A DNA stretch of 61,866 nt, the filler included, from Choristocarpus tenellus KU-1152 (Eukaryota; Protista; Phaeophyceae): NCBI GenBank assembly GCA_964200185.2. It is 10 parts of 10 records of this genome, joined end to end, with 100 filler letters (N's around TTAATTAATTAA, not from the genome) between each part and the next. Parts side by side here need not be neighbours in the genome. Positions count along the whole stretch, not along the records: positions 35,248 to 41,319 come from CAXNAD020009012.1; positions 41,420 to 44,142 come from CAXNAD020025304.1; positions 44,243 to 48,086 come from CAXNAD020017613.1; positions 48,187 to 54,283 come from CAXNAD020008944.1; 6 more parts are not named here. One strand, 5' to 3'. The notes under the pieces are model-generated. The model saw only the letters and a list, made by a program, of their open reading frames with translations, made no database searches and was not told where the DNA came from. The translations under genes were made by a program, and so were the position numbers. Positions 39,937 through 52,131 of the stretch are shown here, piece after piece; the stretch's first letter is position 1; every line of letters starts with the position of its first letter.

Positions 39937-41419
39937 TGTGTTTTAAGCGTGGGTTGGATTTATCGGTTTGGTTTTGGATAGTGAGGCTTGAGGTTATCGT
40001 ATGATGTTCAACAACATACGTATGTTGTGAAACACGTTGATCTACTTTCTCACAAGATTGAATAGACATGAAGGATAATTTACTGTGTTTCAAGTACCTC
40101 TATGTACTCACTCTCTTTGCAACGTGAGAGTCTGTCTAATCGTTCAGCGCCGAAGGGCTTATCACCCTTGTCTGTTGGACTCACACATGCTCCTGTGAGA
40201 TGCAGTATCTTCCTCTTCATTTCTCAGAAGATTTCTTTCTGTGGAGGGTCTTGAGCGTCGTCCCATATCTGAGATGCTGGGGCTACGACGATGTCCATAC
40301 TCCATCACAGTGATGATATCGACGAGCACTCACGCCTTTAAAGCTCACAAACATGTGCCCTTTCTCTTCCTGCTCGCTCTTTTGGTTTATTTGACAACAG
40401 TACATCCTGCTAATGTGCGTCGACCTTACTACTGCTGGCTCAGATGGTCCACGCATCTAGTTCTGCTATTCCCAGGCGCTTTGGGACTTTGCGTGTATAA
40501 CCTATCTCATATGTCCTGTCCTTTGTCAACCTTTGTGTGAGCTTCTACTGTAGGCATCACCTCTGATCATGAAAGTCCAAGTCATGAAGCCATGTTATTG
40601 GATTCACATCGCACCTCATAAATCTCTTGTCCCACACCTGACCTCATTCACAAGATTACAAGCCATCGGTTCTTCTGGACGACCCCTGAAGTCCCCTGTC
40701 AAGCTGGGCCAAAAATATGGGTAGCAGTTAAAACCCCTTGGAAGAGGTGAGACAAAACACTGGAATAGGACCCTCAGAGTCAACGAAGAGTCAAGAAACG
40801 AGATCATTGAACATATTACTCAGCTCACAGCATCCATCAACTCTCTGGTAATGTTCCAGGTAACAGGAGACGTTTAAGGACCTTGCAACCAGCCCGTTGA
40901 GATTGCTTGACGGTCCTCCAGCACTATTAATAGCAGTGGTTGCTTGGTGGTCTCTATTGATAGCACCATCAGGTCCTGCTTTTGATATTGTCTCACCTGC
41001 TGCACACCTCCGAATTCTAAGAGGGAAAATAGACAGGTTTAATTTGCAATATGGTACGTCCCCTTGCAACCTAATTACCGGTTAGGTAAGTTACAAGTAG
41101 GTCAGCAGTGGTTGACCTGGTGGAATTTATGCCCAGGCCCCAAATTTGGAGTCAGTAGTTGTCCTGTTCAGGACTAAAACAGGTTTATGAACCAATACCA
41201 AAAGGGAGAGAAACTGATAACTGAATGGTCTTAGACCAATTATTCGGATATTCCGCACACCATCTGTACGTATACACACTCCTCTGAGAGGTGCTTCAAT
41301 TGTGCACGATTTCACCCCCNNNNNNNNNNNNNNNNNNNNNNNNNNNNNNNNNNNNNNNNNNNNTTAATTAATTAANNNNNNNNNNNNNNNNNNNNNNNNN
41401 NNNNNNNNNNNNNNNNNNN

Positions 41420-43015
41420 CGTCAAACACGCTTGGCGCCTTCGTCACAAGTGAAACCGCCAGGTTGTGGAACTCCGGTGAGTAGTGCTGCGTCAGAAATG
41501 CTGCTGATTCTGCCCTGGTGGCTGCCACCACTCTCGCACGACATGCCAACGAGAGCATCAGCTCTCCCAGGTCACGCATATCCTGCTGCTGGAGCTCTGA
41601 GACCTGAAAAAACCATGAAACCAATCGAGGGTTAGAAGCAGTGTGTGTGTGCGTATGCACAAGCGCGAGCACACGTATGGTAGTGGTTGGAGGTTGGGGT
41701 GAGGGGTTGGGGTGGTCTGATGATATGATGACATGACCTTTACTGGCGAAGGTTGGATACAGTTTTGAGAAAAAAGGGCAGGAGCAACAGCTGGCAAGGG
41801 AAGAGAGACAGGGAGTTAGTTCCACATGGAAAAGGCGTACCAGCAAACGATAGTACATTCAGGGTGAATCAGTAACATGCAATATACACTTAAAAAATAC
41901 TTTGGAGAGGTACAGCGAAAAGGAGAGATCTGCTACCTTACCAGCTCCGCACGGCCTGCTTCTGACGACACTGGCAATAAAGACACTGCTCAACCGTCCC
42001 AAACCAAACCCAACCTGTCCAACAATTATGCACCTCCATCCCCCACACCCTACAATACTGAATGTTCATAAAAATTCCAAATTCAAAGTTTGTGAGGGAA
42101 AACACTACATGCTTCTTGGTCCCCTCCACCCAACTCCATCGAGCTGTTGTTTTGGTGTCTGCTTTTATGACCCCTCAAATAGAGTACGTACCCACTTCCA
42201 TGTGGGGAAAACAAAATGGTCCTATTACAGGCAACAAAATCGGCTTTAAGGCTTGCTGCTAGGGTTCAATCCCCCCCCCCCCCAAAAGGGCACAGTTCAC
42301 TTATCACTACCCATTCAAACACAATTCCCAAAATGTCCATAGCCTTGCGTCCTTTACGGACACCTTAAGCCGGCGCCATAAAAATGATCCACCTGAGATT
42401 ATGCTGACTTAGTCTAAAATCCCTTTTACAACAACACGATTGTCTGTAACAAGATTGGTCGGCCTATGTCAAGGACTACCCACCATGCACAATACAGTCC
42501 TTGTAATACAGTAAGAGAACTTTAGACTAAGTCAGTAAGAGAACTATAGACTAAGTCAGTACGAGAACCAGGCCGAGACTGTTCACAAGAAAGGGCAATT
42601 GAAGGGCGCATCTCTCCAACCACACCCATTCTCCCAAGACCTAGGAGGCTTACTTACTCCTCTTTCCCAAGACAACTCTCTCCCTCCCCTCCCCTCCCTC
42701 CCGTTGACCTCCCCCTCTTATCGAACCATACCACACCTGCTTCCGAGTTTCAAACTCCAGCACATCCAGGCAGCCAACCCAGTTCACCCTCACTCTGTCA
42801 CCCAGCATGTGCAACACCCTATTTGGGTGGATGTTCTGCAGCGCCCCCCCAGCAGCGTGCACTGCCCTCAGGGCACCAAGCAACTGGCAAACCATGCTCC
42901 AAAGGAGTCTCTCCGAGAGCAACCCCCCAGGTTTCTCCAGGAACCGTTGGGACAAAGTCTGTGCCCCGGGGTGAAAGACGCTGACAAAGAACAGGGCCCC
43001 CTGATGCAAAAACGC
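41420..43015 (-). CDS. PAN3: PAN3 (pseudokinase subunit of the PAN2-PAN3 deadenylase), partial. Exons 43015-42737 and 41603-<41420.
   Basis: AFLHQGALFFVSVFHPGAQTL...LSERLLWSMVCQLLGALRAVHAAGGALQNIHPNRVL...RVRVNWVGCLDVLEFE|...ELQQQDMRDLGELMLSLAC...HYSPEF follows the PAN3 pseudokinase pattern. GT-AG boundaries, phase 0. Confidence 0.88.
42509..42568. repeat. 24-bp tandem repeat (2.5 copies) in the PAN3 intron, with an inverted partial copy at 42404-42418
   Basis: cagtaagagaact(t/a)tagactaagt twice, then cagtacgagaac; ctgacttagtctaaa upstream. Confidence 0.8.
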
Positions 43016-44242
43016 CTGCACACAGTCGGAAAACACGGGATATTAATAATAATAATAATAATAATAAAATGTCCCCTCTTTTTCTTGTCTTACAGTTTGT
43101 CTACTGAGTAAAACATTTCTCTACGCTGATACCACCATGGACACTTTTAACAATAGAAGGTGAAGGCGTGTTGCAATGTGCATAATAAAAATAAAATAAA
43201 TATATATATAAAAAAGATAGTACGGCGAATTATGCATCGATTCTGACATCAGCTTGCCGGGGGAGTGGGCGGGGGCAGGATCATGTGTGTACGGGCAATG
43301 AGCAATGGTAGTGGGTGAGGTCTAGAGAAGAGAGGCCGTGAGGTAGGTTTCGAATATCAACATCTTAGGGTTAGGTATACTGTAAGTGTTCTGGAACATT
43401 TTGAGGTGACAGGGAACAAGAAAAAACTACCGGAGACATAATAATAATAATAGTAAAAAAAAGAAGAAAAATCACTTTTTTTTTCTTTTTCTTAGGGAGA
43501 ACGGAAACTAGATTGCTGAAATAAAAATACATCAGGAGTAAGAGCAAGAGACATGACCAACACAAGAGCAAGAGACATGATGGGACAGGAGTTGAAGAAA
43601 GGGGGGAGGGGGAGAGTGAAGTGGACAGTTCAAAGATCTCAAAAGGAGGCAGCACCTGACCTGGGGGTGCTTACAATAGGCATAAAAAGCCGACACACAC
43701 CATTGATCATAGATACTAGGAACTACCGAGAGAATAAGAGAATAAGAGAACAAGAGTAGATACTTCAATACCCATGCACTCGCCTTCCAAGTGCAGACAA
43801 GGAATCATGCAGGATCTCACCAAAAGCAAAGCAGGAGAACATACTCCTGCTAACAAACCACTTCGAGAGGAATAAACATCTTATCAAAAAAGTCAAGCAA
43901 ACTAGCACGTGCATGTATGTGGCGCACCCTCCCTCCCTCCCTCCCTCAAAAACATCCCTGGACAGCGAAATCCCACGGAGTGCTAAGAGGGAAGGGGTTT
44001 TCTCAAGGCATTAGATTAGAAGCCCACACAAAGCAGTAGTGACCCCACTAGGCACAGATCTAGTAGGGTATATTGCTTTTAGTTGGACAACTCCCCCCCC
44101 CCCCCACTTGTGAAAAACCTTTAAATAAATACAGGTTAAGTANNNNNNNNNNNNNNNNNNNNNNNNNNNNNNNNNNNNNNNNNNNNTTAATTAATTAANN
44201 NNNNNNNNNNNNNNNNNNNNNNNNNNNNNNNNNNNNNNNNNN

Positions 44243-44320
44243 TCAGTAAAAAAAAAGTTGTTTGACCGAAACGGACACCCCCACACAAACCACCACCACC
44301 CCCCTAAGATACTTTGAGTC
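44243..44320 (+). mobile_element. MITE family B end (poly-C TIR variant). Related ends at 1-65, 6088-6110, 48052-48086, 54270-54283 and 58304-58324.
   Basis: tttgaccgaaacggac..cccc..cacaaaccacc..ccccc(ta/c)agatacttt is shared with window positions 1-60. Confidence 0.75.
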
Positions 44321-44339
44321 ACTGTGCAGCACAAGAGTA

Positions 44340-44804
44340 ATATCCCCAAAACCATGATCATTGCAGCCACCGCCTGCAATCAAGACCAAGATGCCTTGGT
44401 TGCAGGGGAAGCACAATATCATTCAGCAAGACGGTTCCACCCCCCACACGGGCAAGGGCGACTCAGAAATCTTGTCAGGGGCAGGGAAGACTGAGGGGTA
44501 GTCAATTAGGCTTGTGACACAGTCATCTAACTCCCCCGACCTCAATATCATGGACCTATGTTTCTTCAGGTCTTTGAAATGCTGGGAGATGGGGGAGCGG
44601 TTTGGGTCAGTCAAGGAGATGGTGAAGGTCATTAAGAAACAGCATGAGGAGTATGGTGAAACCACACTTGAGGGGGCTGGGCAGCTCCTTCTTGTGGTGT
44701 ACAACCAAGTACTTAGATACAAAGGGGGGAATGACTTCAGTGTGGAGCACACAGGGGTAAGGAAGAGACAATGGTCTGGTGAGCTTGAAACACACCGAAG
44801 GTAG
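44340..44804 (+). mobile_element. Tc1/mariner transposase remnant (plant-mariner-like, DD40D spacing)
   Basis: AIKTKMPWLQGKHNIIQQDGSTPH...G*SIRLVTQSSNSPDLNIMDLCFFRSLK...YKGGNDFSVEHTG. One in-frame TAG; N-terminal part missing. Confidence 0.88.
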
Positions 44805-45431
44805 ACATAGACGCTTTTCTGTGGCTGATAGAATTATGATGGATGGGGATTAATGATAATAAAAAGAGCTGAACCTGACCAAAAAATCGTCAAGGATTCG
44901 AAATCTTCTGTCAGAAATATATTTCATCAACATATTCAAAAGTTATGAACAATGCGGCACAGACTTATGGCACGGAGGTAGTAATATTATTCTGAATACA
45001 TTATTCTAAATATTTTTGTCTCCCTTTGCTCTGGAACTTCTCAACAACCTCCATCCTACCTAACCCCTTGACCAGTAGCCTTCGTCCTTATGAACTACAC
45101 TGGACTGCAACAAATTGTACTGCCCCATGCCTGCCTTTTCTCATGCGTTGGGTTCACCTTTCTCGAGTCTGGTGCATGCTCCCTCTATCCGCAATGAACC
45201 TTCACCACCATGATCCAGGTCTTTTCACGTCGTCTTTGTGCTTTAGCGCAAGATAGTAAGGTACCTTCCCAATACACTTGCCACGTGCTCCTTTGAAATT
45301 AAACTTCCTGCGAAGAAAATCTGGCTTCTGCTACCAGGGCTCGAAGCTTGGCATTCTCGTAACAGCCTGAGGTATGTGGACTCTAACGAAATAGTCCATG
45401 GTCTAACAAAATAGTCGATGACATTCGTGGA

Positions 45432-45558
45432 GGAGGTAACTTTGATATCTGATACATCTTAGAAGGAAAAAAAACGTAAAGGACACGAAAATGTGGAGAT
45501 AACTTTGATATCTGATACATCTTAGAGGGAAAAAAAAACGTAAAGGACACGAAAATGT
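45432..45558. repeat. 63-bp tandem duplication just downstream of tRNA-Lys
   Basis: ggag(g/a)taactttgatatctgatacatcttaga(a/g)ggA(n)cgtaaaggacacgaaaatgt, twice. Confidence 0.9.
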
Positions 45559-45568
45559 AAAAGACAAA

Positions 45569-45641
45569 CACCGAAGGTGGGGCTCGAACCCACGACCATA
45601 CGATTAAGAGTCGTACGCTCTACCGACTGAGCTACCCCGGC
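45569..45641 (-). tRNA. tRNA-Lys (anticodon CTT), 73 nt, no intron
   Basis: GCCGGGGTAGCTCAGTCGGTAGAGCGTACGACTCTTAATCGTATGGTCGTGGGTTCGAGCCCCACCTTCGGTG. D, anticodon and T stems pair perfectly; A and B boxes present; TTTT terminator ~7 nt downstream. Confidence 0.96.
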
Positions 45642-45895
45642 GCTTCATAATTGTATAATGACCACAGCTTCATGAAATTTCATGAAACTACAAATTCAAC
45701 CAGGAACCAAGCGAGATCTTGTCGTCCTGTCCATCTGTGATGACTGAATTTACGTCATTTTCGACCTATAAGGTGGCTATTAATGATCTTATACTGTAAA
45801 AAAAAAATACCAGTAAGTGCTCTGCCAGAGTATGGACAAACCTTTTTGGGTTTATTATAATATGAATGCGTAGGAGATGACGCCACAGAACTCAA

Positions 45896-47330
45896 TGTAA
45901 TATGAGATCTAGTCAGTCAGTCTATAGTATGTGTATGTATATGTAGGAAGCGCAGTACGACCACTTCTAAGTTTTGAATTGATTCACCAGCCCCTGGCCA
46001 GTACACGGTCGACCTTTTGATGGGATGTACTGTTTGTCACTCAGCAAATCATGGTATAATCCATGTTGTGGCATGCAGTAGAAGAGGTGAAGGAAGCTTG
46101 GAGAACACGACCTGGGACTTTTGTCCTCATATTTCTCAGAGCATCGATGGCAATACTCGGTAGCTACAATACATGGCTCAAGAAGATCCATCACTCCAGT
46201 CCATGTGAGATAGAGGGTTGGTATGGCAAGGTGCAGGTCCAGGTAGGCTTATCAAAGCGCTAAGAAACTGCTCAGTATTACTGTCACCCCCCGCATCTCC
46301 CTTCAAAATTCATGACTGACTCCCCCACTCTTGGCCTTTTTGGTAATTGGGGGCGCTTCATCTCCAACAAGCTCGGGAAGTCCCACATCGGTTCCTGTAA
46401 TACATCCTCCCTGTCCAACATTGCCGCAAGTAGATGGAGGTCGTTGGCACCAGAATCTCCTGACAGAAACTCCTGACAGAATCTCCGGAATTCCCCAAGG
46501 ATGTGTTTGCTGGCCTTGCCAACTTCCAGACACACCAAGTAGTCCGTTGAACCCAAATTTTCATTTCCACTTGCAGCTGATGGACCACAATGCGCTCGAT
46601 CCCCAAACCACCATGCCAATCTACATCCTGTCTGTTGATGTTTTGTAGTTCCGCTCTTGCCCAGCTTGTCTGCAACCGTGATCCATTATCTGTGACTATG
46701 TTGTGAGGTGAACCAAAAGTGGTGCAGTAGTGATTGACAAAAATCACCGACCTTTGACAATGTCATGGTTGGGAAATCAATCAACGGCAAGACTATACCC
46801 CAGGCCCACAGGGCAACTTCGTGGGAGACAGAGGCCACTACTATTGTGGTTCGTGCTCCAACCCCTTCTGTTCTTTGCATCGGACACAATGTATACAACT
46901 ACGACCCTACTGATCTACCCACCCCATCCCACCAGTACAATCTGTCTAGTAGAAAATGTGTGGAGTGGACTCCCAAGTGACCCACTCTTGGTTGTTATTC
47001 ACAAGCAATTTAGATTGTCATCCTTGGTATGAACGGAGCCACCATCCTCACATCCTGTGGCATAGTTGTGCTTTTACCTCCTCCTTTCGGTCCCTCACCT
47101 TTGTCCTAGCCTCTTTGTGGCAAGGCTCCACAGTCGGTACTCTCTTGCTGTTGATTTCAAGCTGTAATCAATGGGCCTGGATTCCCCTCCCAGTAGCTTA
47201 TGTACACCGTAACCATAAGATCTCTTGCCCCTGTGGGGATTACTTGACAGACCTGGTAGCACATCTGTATCCCGGCACGATACCCACAAATGCCCTCTGT
47301 AATTTCTGGTAAAACATTTATGCTGGCAGC
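45896..47330 (-). mobile_element. Ty3/gypsy remnant: RNase H and integrase fragments, possible chromodomain, PPT and putative 3' LTR (~46286-45896)
   Basis: VGHLGVHSTHFLLDRLYWWDG...HCVRCKEQK (integrase Zn finger), FVNHYCTTFGSPHNIVTDNG (integrase core) and GIERIVVHQ..YLV (chromo-like). The purine tract gaagggagatgcgggggg is followed by TG. The putative LTR has a short terminal inverted repeat, GTAATA(C)TGAG/CTCATATTAC. Confidence 0.75.
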
Positions 47331-47707
47331 ATCTAGCTGTTCTTCCATTTCTTCACCCACTCCCAACTCTGCTCTGCCAATACATTTCAACCCCTCCTAC
47401 CCCCCTCTACACATCCCTTTTTCTCTTTGTTTGTCCGTGCTCTCCACCTCCTCCCATAAGCCCTGGTGGCTACCGCCTTCCATCTCTGTGCCAGGTCTCC
47501 GTTTACCCCCACCCCTCCCTCGTCCCTCATACCCCCCACCCATTTCCACTTTCCCTCGACCTTCCCCAACCCCGCCCCTGGCCTTCATACGCTATTGCAT
47601 CCCCCCCTTTACCTAGTACATTTCCACACTACTTCACCCATCACACAGCCGATCCCCAAGAATCTCATACCTCCATCACTGGTCTTGACTCGCCTTAATG
47701 CACTCAT

Positions 47708-47967
47708 GAGTGAAAGTATCTTAGAAGATACGAGCTCTGCCCTGTTTATCCAAGTGGGGCTTGACTTCCGACATTTTTTTTTATGACATCTTACCTACTC
47801 CTAAACGTTTAGGAGTAGGAAAGATGTACACGTTATAACAAGGTGTGTCCGGAACAAGGCTATTGACACTTCCTAACAAACACGATAGCCAAAATGACAC
47901 TGAAATCGCAACATTGGATTTTGGCCCCCAAATGGACAAGGCTCTACCCTCTAAGATACTTTGACTC
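47708..47967 (+). mobile_element. MITE family A, full-length copy
   Basis: GAGTGAAAGTATCTTAGA...TACCCTCTAAGATACTTTGACTC. No TSD visible at this copy. Confidence 0.88.
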
Positions 47968-48186
47968 GGCAACGAAAGAGGCGGCTGGAAAGAAGGGCAC
48001 TTAAGAGTCAGGCGGTAAACATTTCGATCTATGTGAAGATATATCTTTATAACTCAAAGAATCTGGGGGCGGGAGGGGGGGGGGTCNNNNNNNNNNNNNN
48101 NNNNNNNNNNNNNNNNNNNNNNNNNNNNNNTTAATTAATTAANNNNNNNNNNNNNNNNNNNNNNNNNNNNNNNNNNNNNNNNNNNN

Positions 48187-49982
48187 CCCACATGCCGTTG
48201 ATATCAAAGGTTGTTGACCTCCCCCCGACATCACCAGATGTTCGGTGTTCACTGCTGTGGAAGAGGTCCCATGAGACGATATCGAGCACAAGAATTCACG
48301 CCTCCTTCCTTCCAGCATATCTTCCTTGAGCAACTCAGCATCCTCCAAGTCCTCAACCTCTCGTACATTGGGGCGTTTATCCCTCGCCCGACCACCCCTC
48401 TCCTTAGGGTTAAGGTTTGGGTTAGGGTTAGGGATGATCCTTTCCTTGCGGGGCTGATCAGACCCTTTGCTCGACTTTGCCGACCGGGTGCCACCAGCCC
48501 TTTCACTAGAGGCAACTTTCGAACCTGCCCCAATCCTCTGCTTAGCCCTAACCTTATTTCCCCCCTTCCTTCCAGCTACAACAACAGGACTCCCCTCTGG
48601 TGAGCTAAGTTCCAGTCCAGCCCTTAACCCACAGCTAACATGACACAACCAAAGAGAAAAACAGGGTAAGGACCAAGATGTAGTAGAGAAGGGATGTAAG
48701 TGTCACCGACTTGGGAAACAAGTCTTGCTGTGCAAGGTTATCAACAAGCATGGCGAAATCAAGGCCAGGGGCGGGGGAATGGCAGACGAGGTGTTCAAGA
48801 AGGCATGGTGTGAGCTAAGGTCTTACACATACCAAAGACAAGCACAGCTATAAACTTGCATGAACACAAGTGTTCACACATTTAATGTATGCCTGTGTGG
48901 GATGAGTATGGATCAGTAACACAAGTCTCCTGTTGCTTGAGGGCTGATGATGGTGACTGTAAAATCTACAAGCATTATCAGTGACAATCCCACTAAGCAT
49001 TTCAAGGTGATAGGGTAGCGGTTGCGGAGTAGAGTCACCACAGCAGCTTCAGACATTCAGAACGAACTAATCCCACAACTCAAGTGCTGGTTGGCTGACT
49101 TGATGTGCAGATTCGAGAAATGTTCGGCAACTGCGACGGATTCAATGCACATGTATCTTATATACAAAGGGTATTTCTCGGGAAAAAAGCGAAGAACATC
49201 AACCCATAATGCAGCTAGATCCATTACTAAGCTGTGAGAAGCGGATTCCAGTACACTCCTTATTCACACACGATTTTTCCAGGTGTATAAGTGGAGAGAT
49301 ACACTCACCGGGTAGGAAACGCTGTCGCTGACGTCGCGAAATTTGGCGATAGCCCATGGGGGCTTTGGGGGGGGGACAAGATCGTGGCATCTCGCTTAGA
49401 GACCAACCCCACGCTTGCAGGGCCAGGACCAGAGGATTTCCAACTAAATACCCCCCCTGATGGAATTCCAAGACCAGGCGTCATCACAGGGGGTCGCCGG
49501 GATTTCTGACTTCCATAGGTCCTGGAGGAACACGAGCGGGAGGGGTGCTAACGTTGGAGATGCAATGAGCGAAGATACGAGGGGCTAGGCATTACATTAA
49601 GCTTCGGACTACTGCGCGGCAGAAAGATTTGAGAACTCTCTAATGGAAACGAGGTCGTTTCTCATCTCTCTTCTTCAATCCGACTTGAGCATGCATGGCA
49701 AGACCACCTAGGAAGGTGCCAGTACCATGCGCTTGCATTGCTGATCGTGGACATATGCACAGAAGGATTGCCTAGCAAGAGGGCGAAGATACTGGGCGAA
49801 GATACTGGGCGAAGAATTGGAACATTAACATGGCGGGAAATGGTGGGGCATAAACTGAGATGCATTTCTCGTCACCTGGTTGTCATTGGACGCGTTGTGG
49901 AGGCCCAACCACCCGTAGTGGCGGAAGAATGAGGCCCAGGATCTCCTCGCCCTCGCTTAGGAGACTCTTCCAGCCACGACAT
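48187..49982 (-). CDS. Probable multi-exon gene for a low-complexity/disordered protein, 3'-partial
   Basis: Exon ~49521-49309 (TYGSQKSRRPPVMTPG...AFPTR|gtgagt, phase 2) is compatible with a long open segment ~48635-48187. Candidate first exon MSWLEESPKRGRG...NDNQ|gtgacg. No domain recognised. Confidence 0.4.
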
Positions 49983-51872
49983 CCCCTTGCAATCCCGTCA
50001 GTCTAGTACATGGCAATGGCATCGTGTGTCAGTTTGGTAATTTGGACAGTCATCAAGATGAAGTGGGTTGCGCATCCACGTCTAGCACATGAGCACCACA
50101 CGACCCAGGAGAAAAGGAGCATGAGAGGAGGAACGGGAAATCAGATGCCTCAATAAGTTCTACTCCATACCATCCTTCCTACCTCACAAGTAATAGCAGA
50201 ACAGGGTTTGCCAGACTGCTAGAACTCGCCAAACCTAACGGACAGTGTGAAATGGTCGAAGTCCTCCTTCCGTCCTTCAGTCTCCAATAGTACAATGGCA
50301 GTCCACTTCCATAAACTCCACTCGGGGACCTCTGCAAATCTTCTGTGCTTGGCGATTAGGACGTACCGGACAAACGCGGGCCCTGAGGCCCCCACTACCC
50401 AAGTCTCCACAAACAAACAAGTGAACTGAAAGTAGTAGTTCACCTGAAATTTTGTGTCTTACACAAAAGGCGCCAAGCGCGCGCACCGCACGTATTGGGG
50501 AGGAGGAAGAAGTGACAAAAACAAAAAAGTACGTCGTAGTTACTAACTTCAGTAGTTGAGGACACCACAGAGAATAAGCAAAAATGTGTGAGTATGGACA
50601 ATCAGAACATGAGGGGAAAGAACTGGCTAAGTTTGTGGAATGATGTAGACAACATAGAATATCGACTTGAACGCGAGAAGAGATTGATTATTTGATGCAC
50701 CTCTCAAATACAGAAGCAAATCAATGTTCGCATTTGCCCGCCTCAAAAAACCTTGTGTCGATTTCAACTTCGTTGAAGAAACACACACACACCTACATCC
50801 ATACACGAATTCCCCCAAAAACTTGAGCCACCATCGTTAAAAATAACACGTTCATCAAAGCATAAAATTTGATCAATGAAAAAATGACTGTCCACTTTTC
50901 CCTACACTACCTGTTTGTTGTGGGATTGATGTAAAACAAAAAAAGCAAACATTACCCGTGATTCAACCAATAAAAGTATTTCATCATCACCACCAACAAC
51001 AGTCCTCAACCCCACATAAATAGGGAAGTCGATTTGTAATTGACATCTCATCTATCCATTACTAATATGTTTTATGCAATATTTTCATCATGCATTGTCT
51101 TTATCAACTCAAAGAGGAAAGAAGGTCCACTACACAAGGAAATCAGCGTATTTCGCACAGAAGTATATAATACCTACCTACATATTATACATAGAATACA
51201 TAGTAAATATAGTAGGTACCACAATCTTGATTGTATATTGTCTTAATCATGTACAAAATATCGCATAGTACTCCAAAATAGACAATACTATGAAATCAAC
51301 GCTTCATTTACTCAATACAACACACATATAATACTCCAGAATGTATCATAGATGATGCAAAGAACTGGAGAATCTATGGATGAAACTGGTTTTCCTTCTC
51401 ACACATACGTACTCTATCCTGTACCAAGGTATCTACATGTCAAATAGAAGGAATGTTGATATCATAATAATAAGCCTCTTACACCCAATTTGCAACTATA
51501 TTACTACGAATTATTCTTAATAGTACCCCCACCTACTATTTTGTAATATTTAACTATATTCAATGCTGTGTTTTTGTATAGAACGATGATTGCCTTCTCC
51601 GTAGGAGTACCATTCAAAAAGATAATAAGATAAATGCTATTTTGCCAAGGACATGTTTTGTATTGTACACATGACACCTCCTTACATCCACAAAAAAAAC
51701 AAAATTGGGCTTCATAACACAAGTCCAAATCTTGCATTGCCTCCCCCAGACACAGGCTCATTGCCGTGACAGTTAATTGAATAAGGCTAAAAGTGGCTGG
51801 CAGATCCCCATCATCAAGAAACAAAAGAAATTGAGGGAATGTGATCAACAGCAACTTGACCAGGTGGAGGAT

Positions 51873-52131
51873 GAAGCCAAAGCACTGAAGAGTATAGGGC
51901 CACATCCGTTCAGGATCATCATCCAATGTTTCGATTTTGATCCATTTTGGTCATCGTGATTGTTAGCAAGTGTCAATATCCTTGCTCCGGACACACCTTT
52001 CATAGTCGTATGCACTTTAGGTAACTGTGTTCACACAGAAAACCGAAAAAGAGGCATAAAAAAACAGTGGGAAGTCAAGGCCCGAACAGACAAACAGGGA
52101 AAAGTCCCTACCCTCTCAAATGCTCTTGGTC
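51873..52131 (-). mobile_element. Old, degenerate MITE family A copy
   Basis: ccaatgtttcgattttgat...ttgttagcaagtgtcaatatccttgctccggacacacctttcatag...gacaaacagggaaaa..ctaccctct; colinear with 56158-56421. Confidence 0.72.

Noticed and set aside
31817-43015. Functional cluster of two transporters and PAN3
   Set aside because: The genes lie on different contigs joined by artificial linkers.
45432-45558. Short direct repeats (also 4929, 36155, 42509) as CRISPR-like arrays
   Set aside because: Only 2-2.5 units each, no series of unique spacers, no cas genes, and a eukaryotic context.
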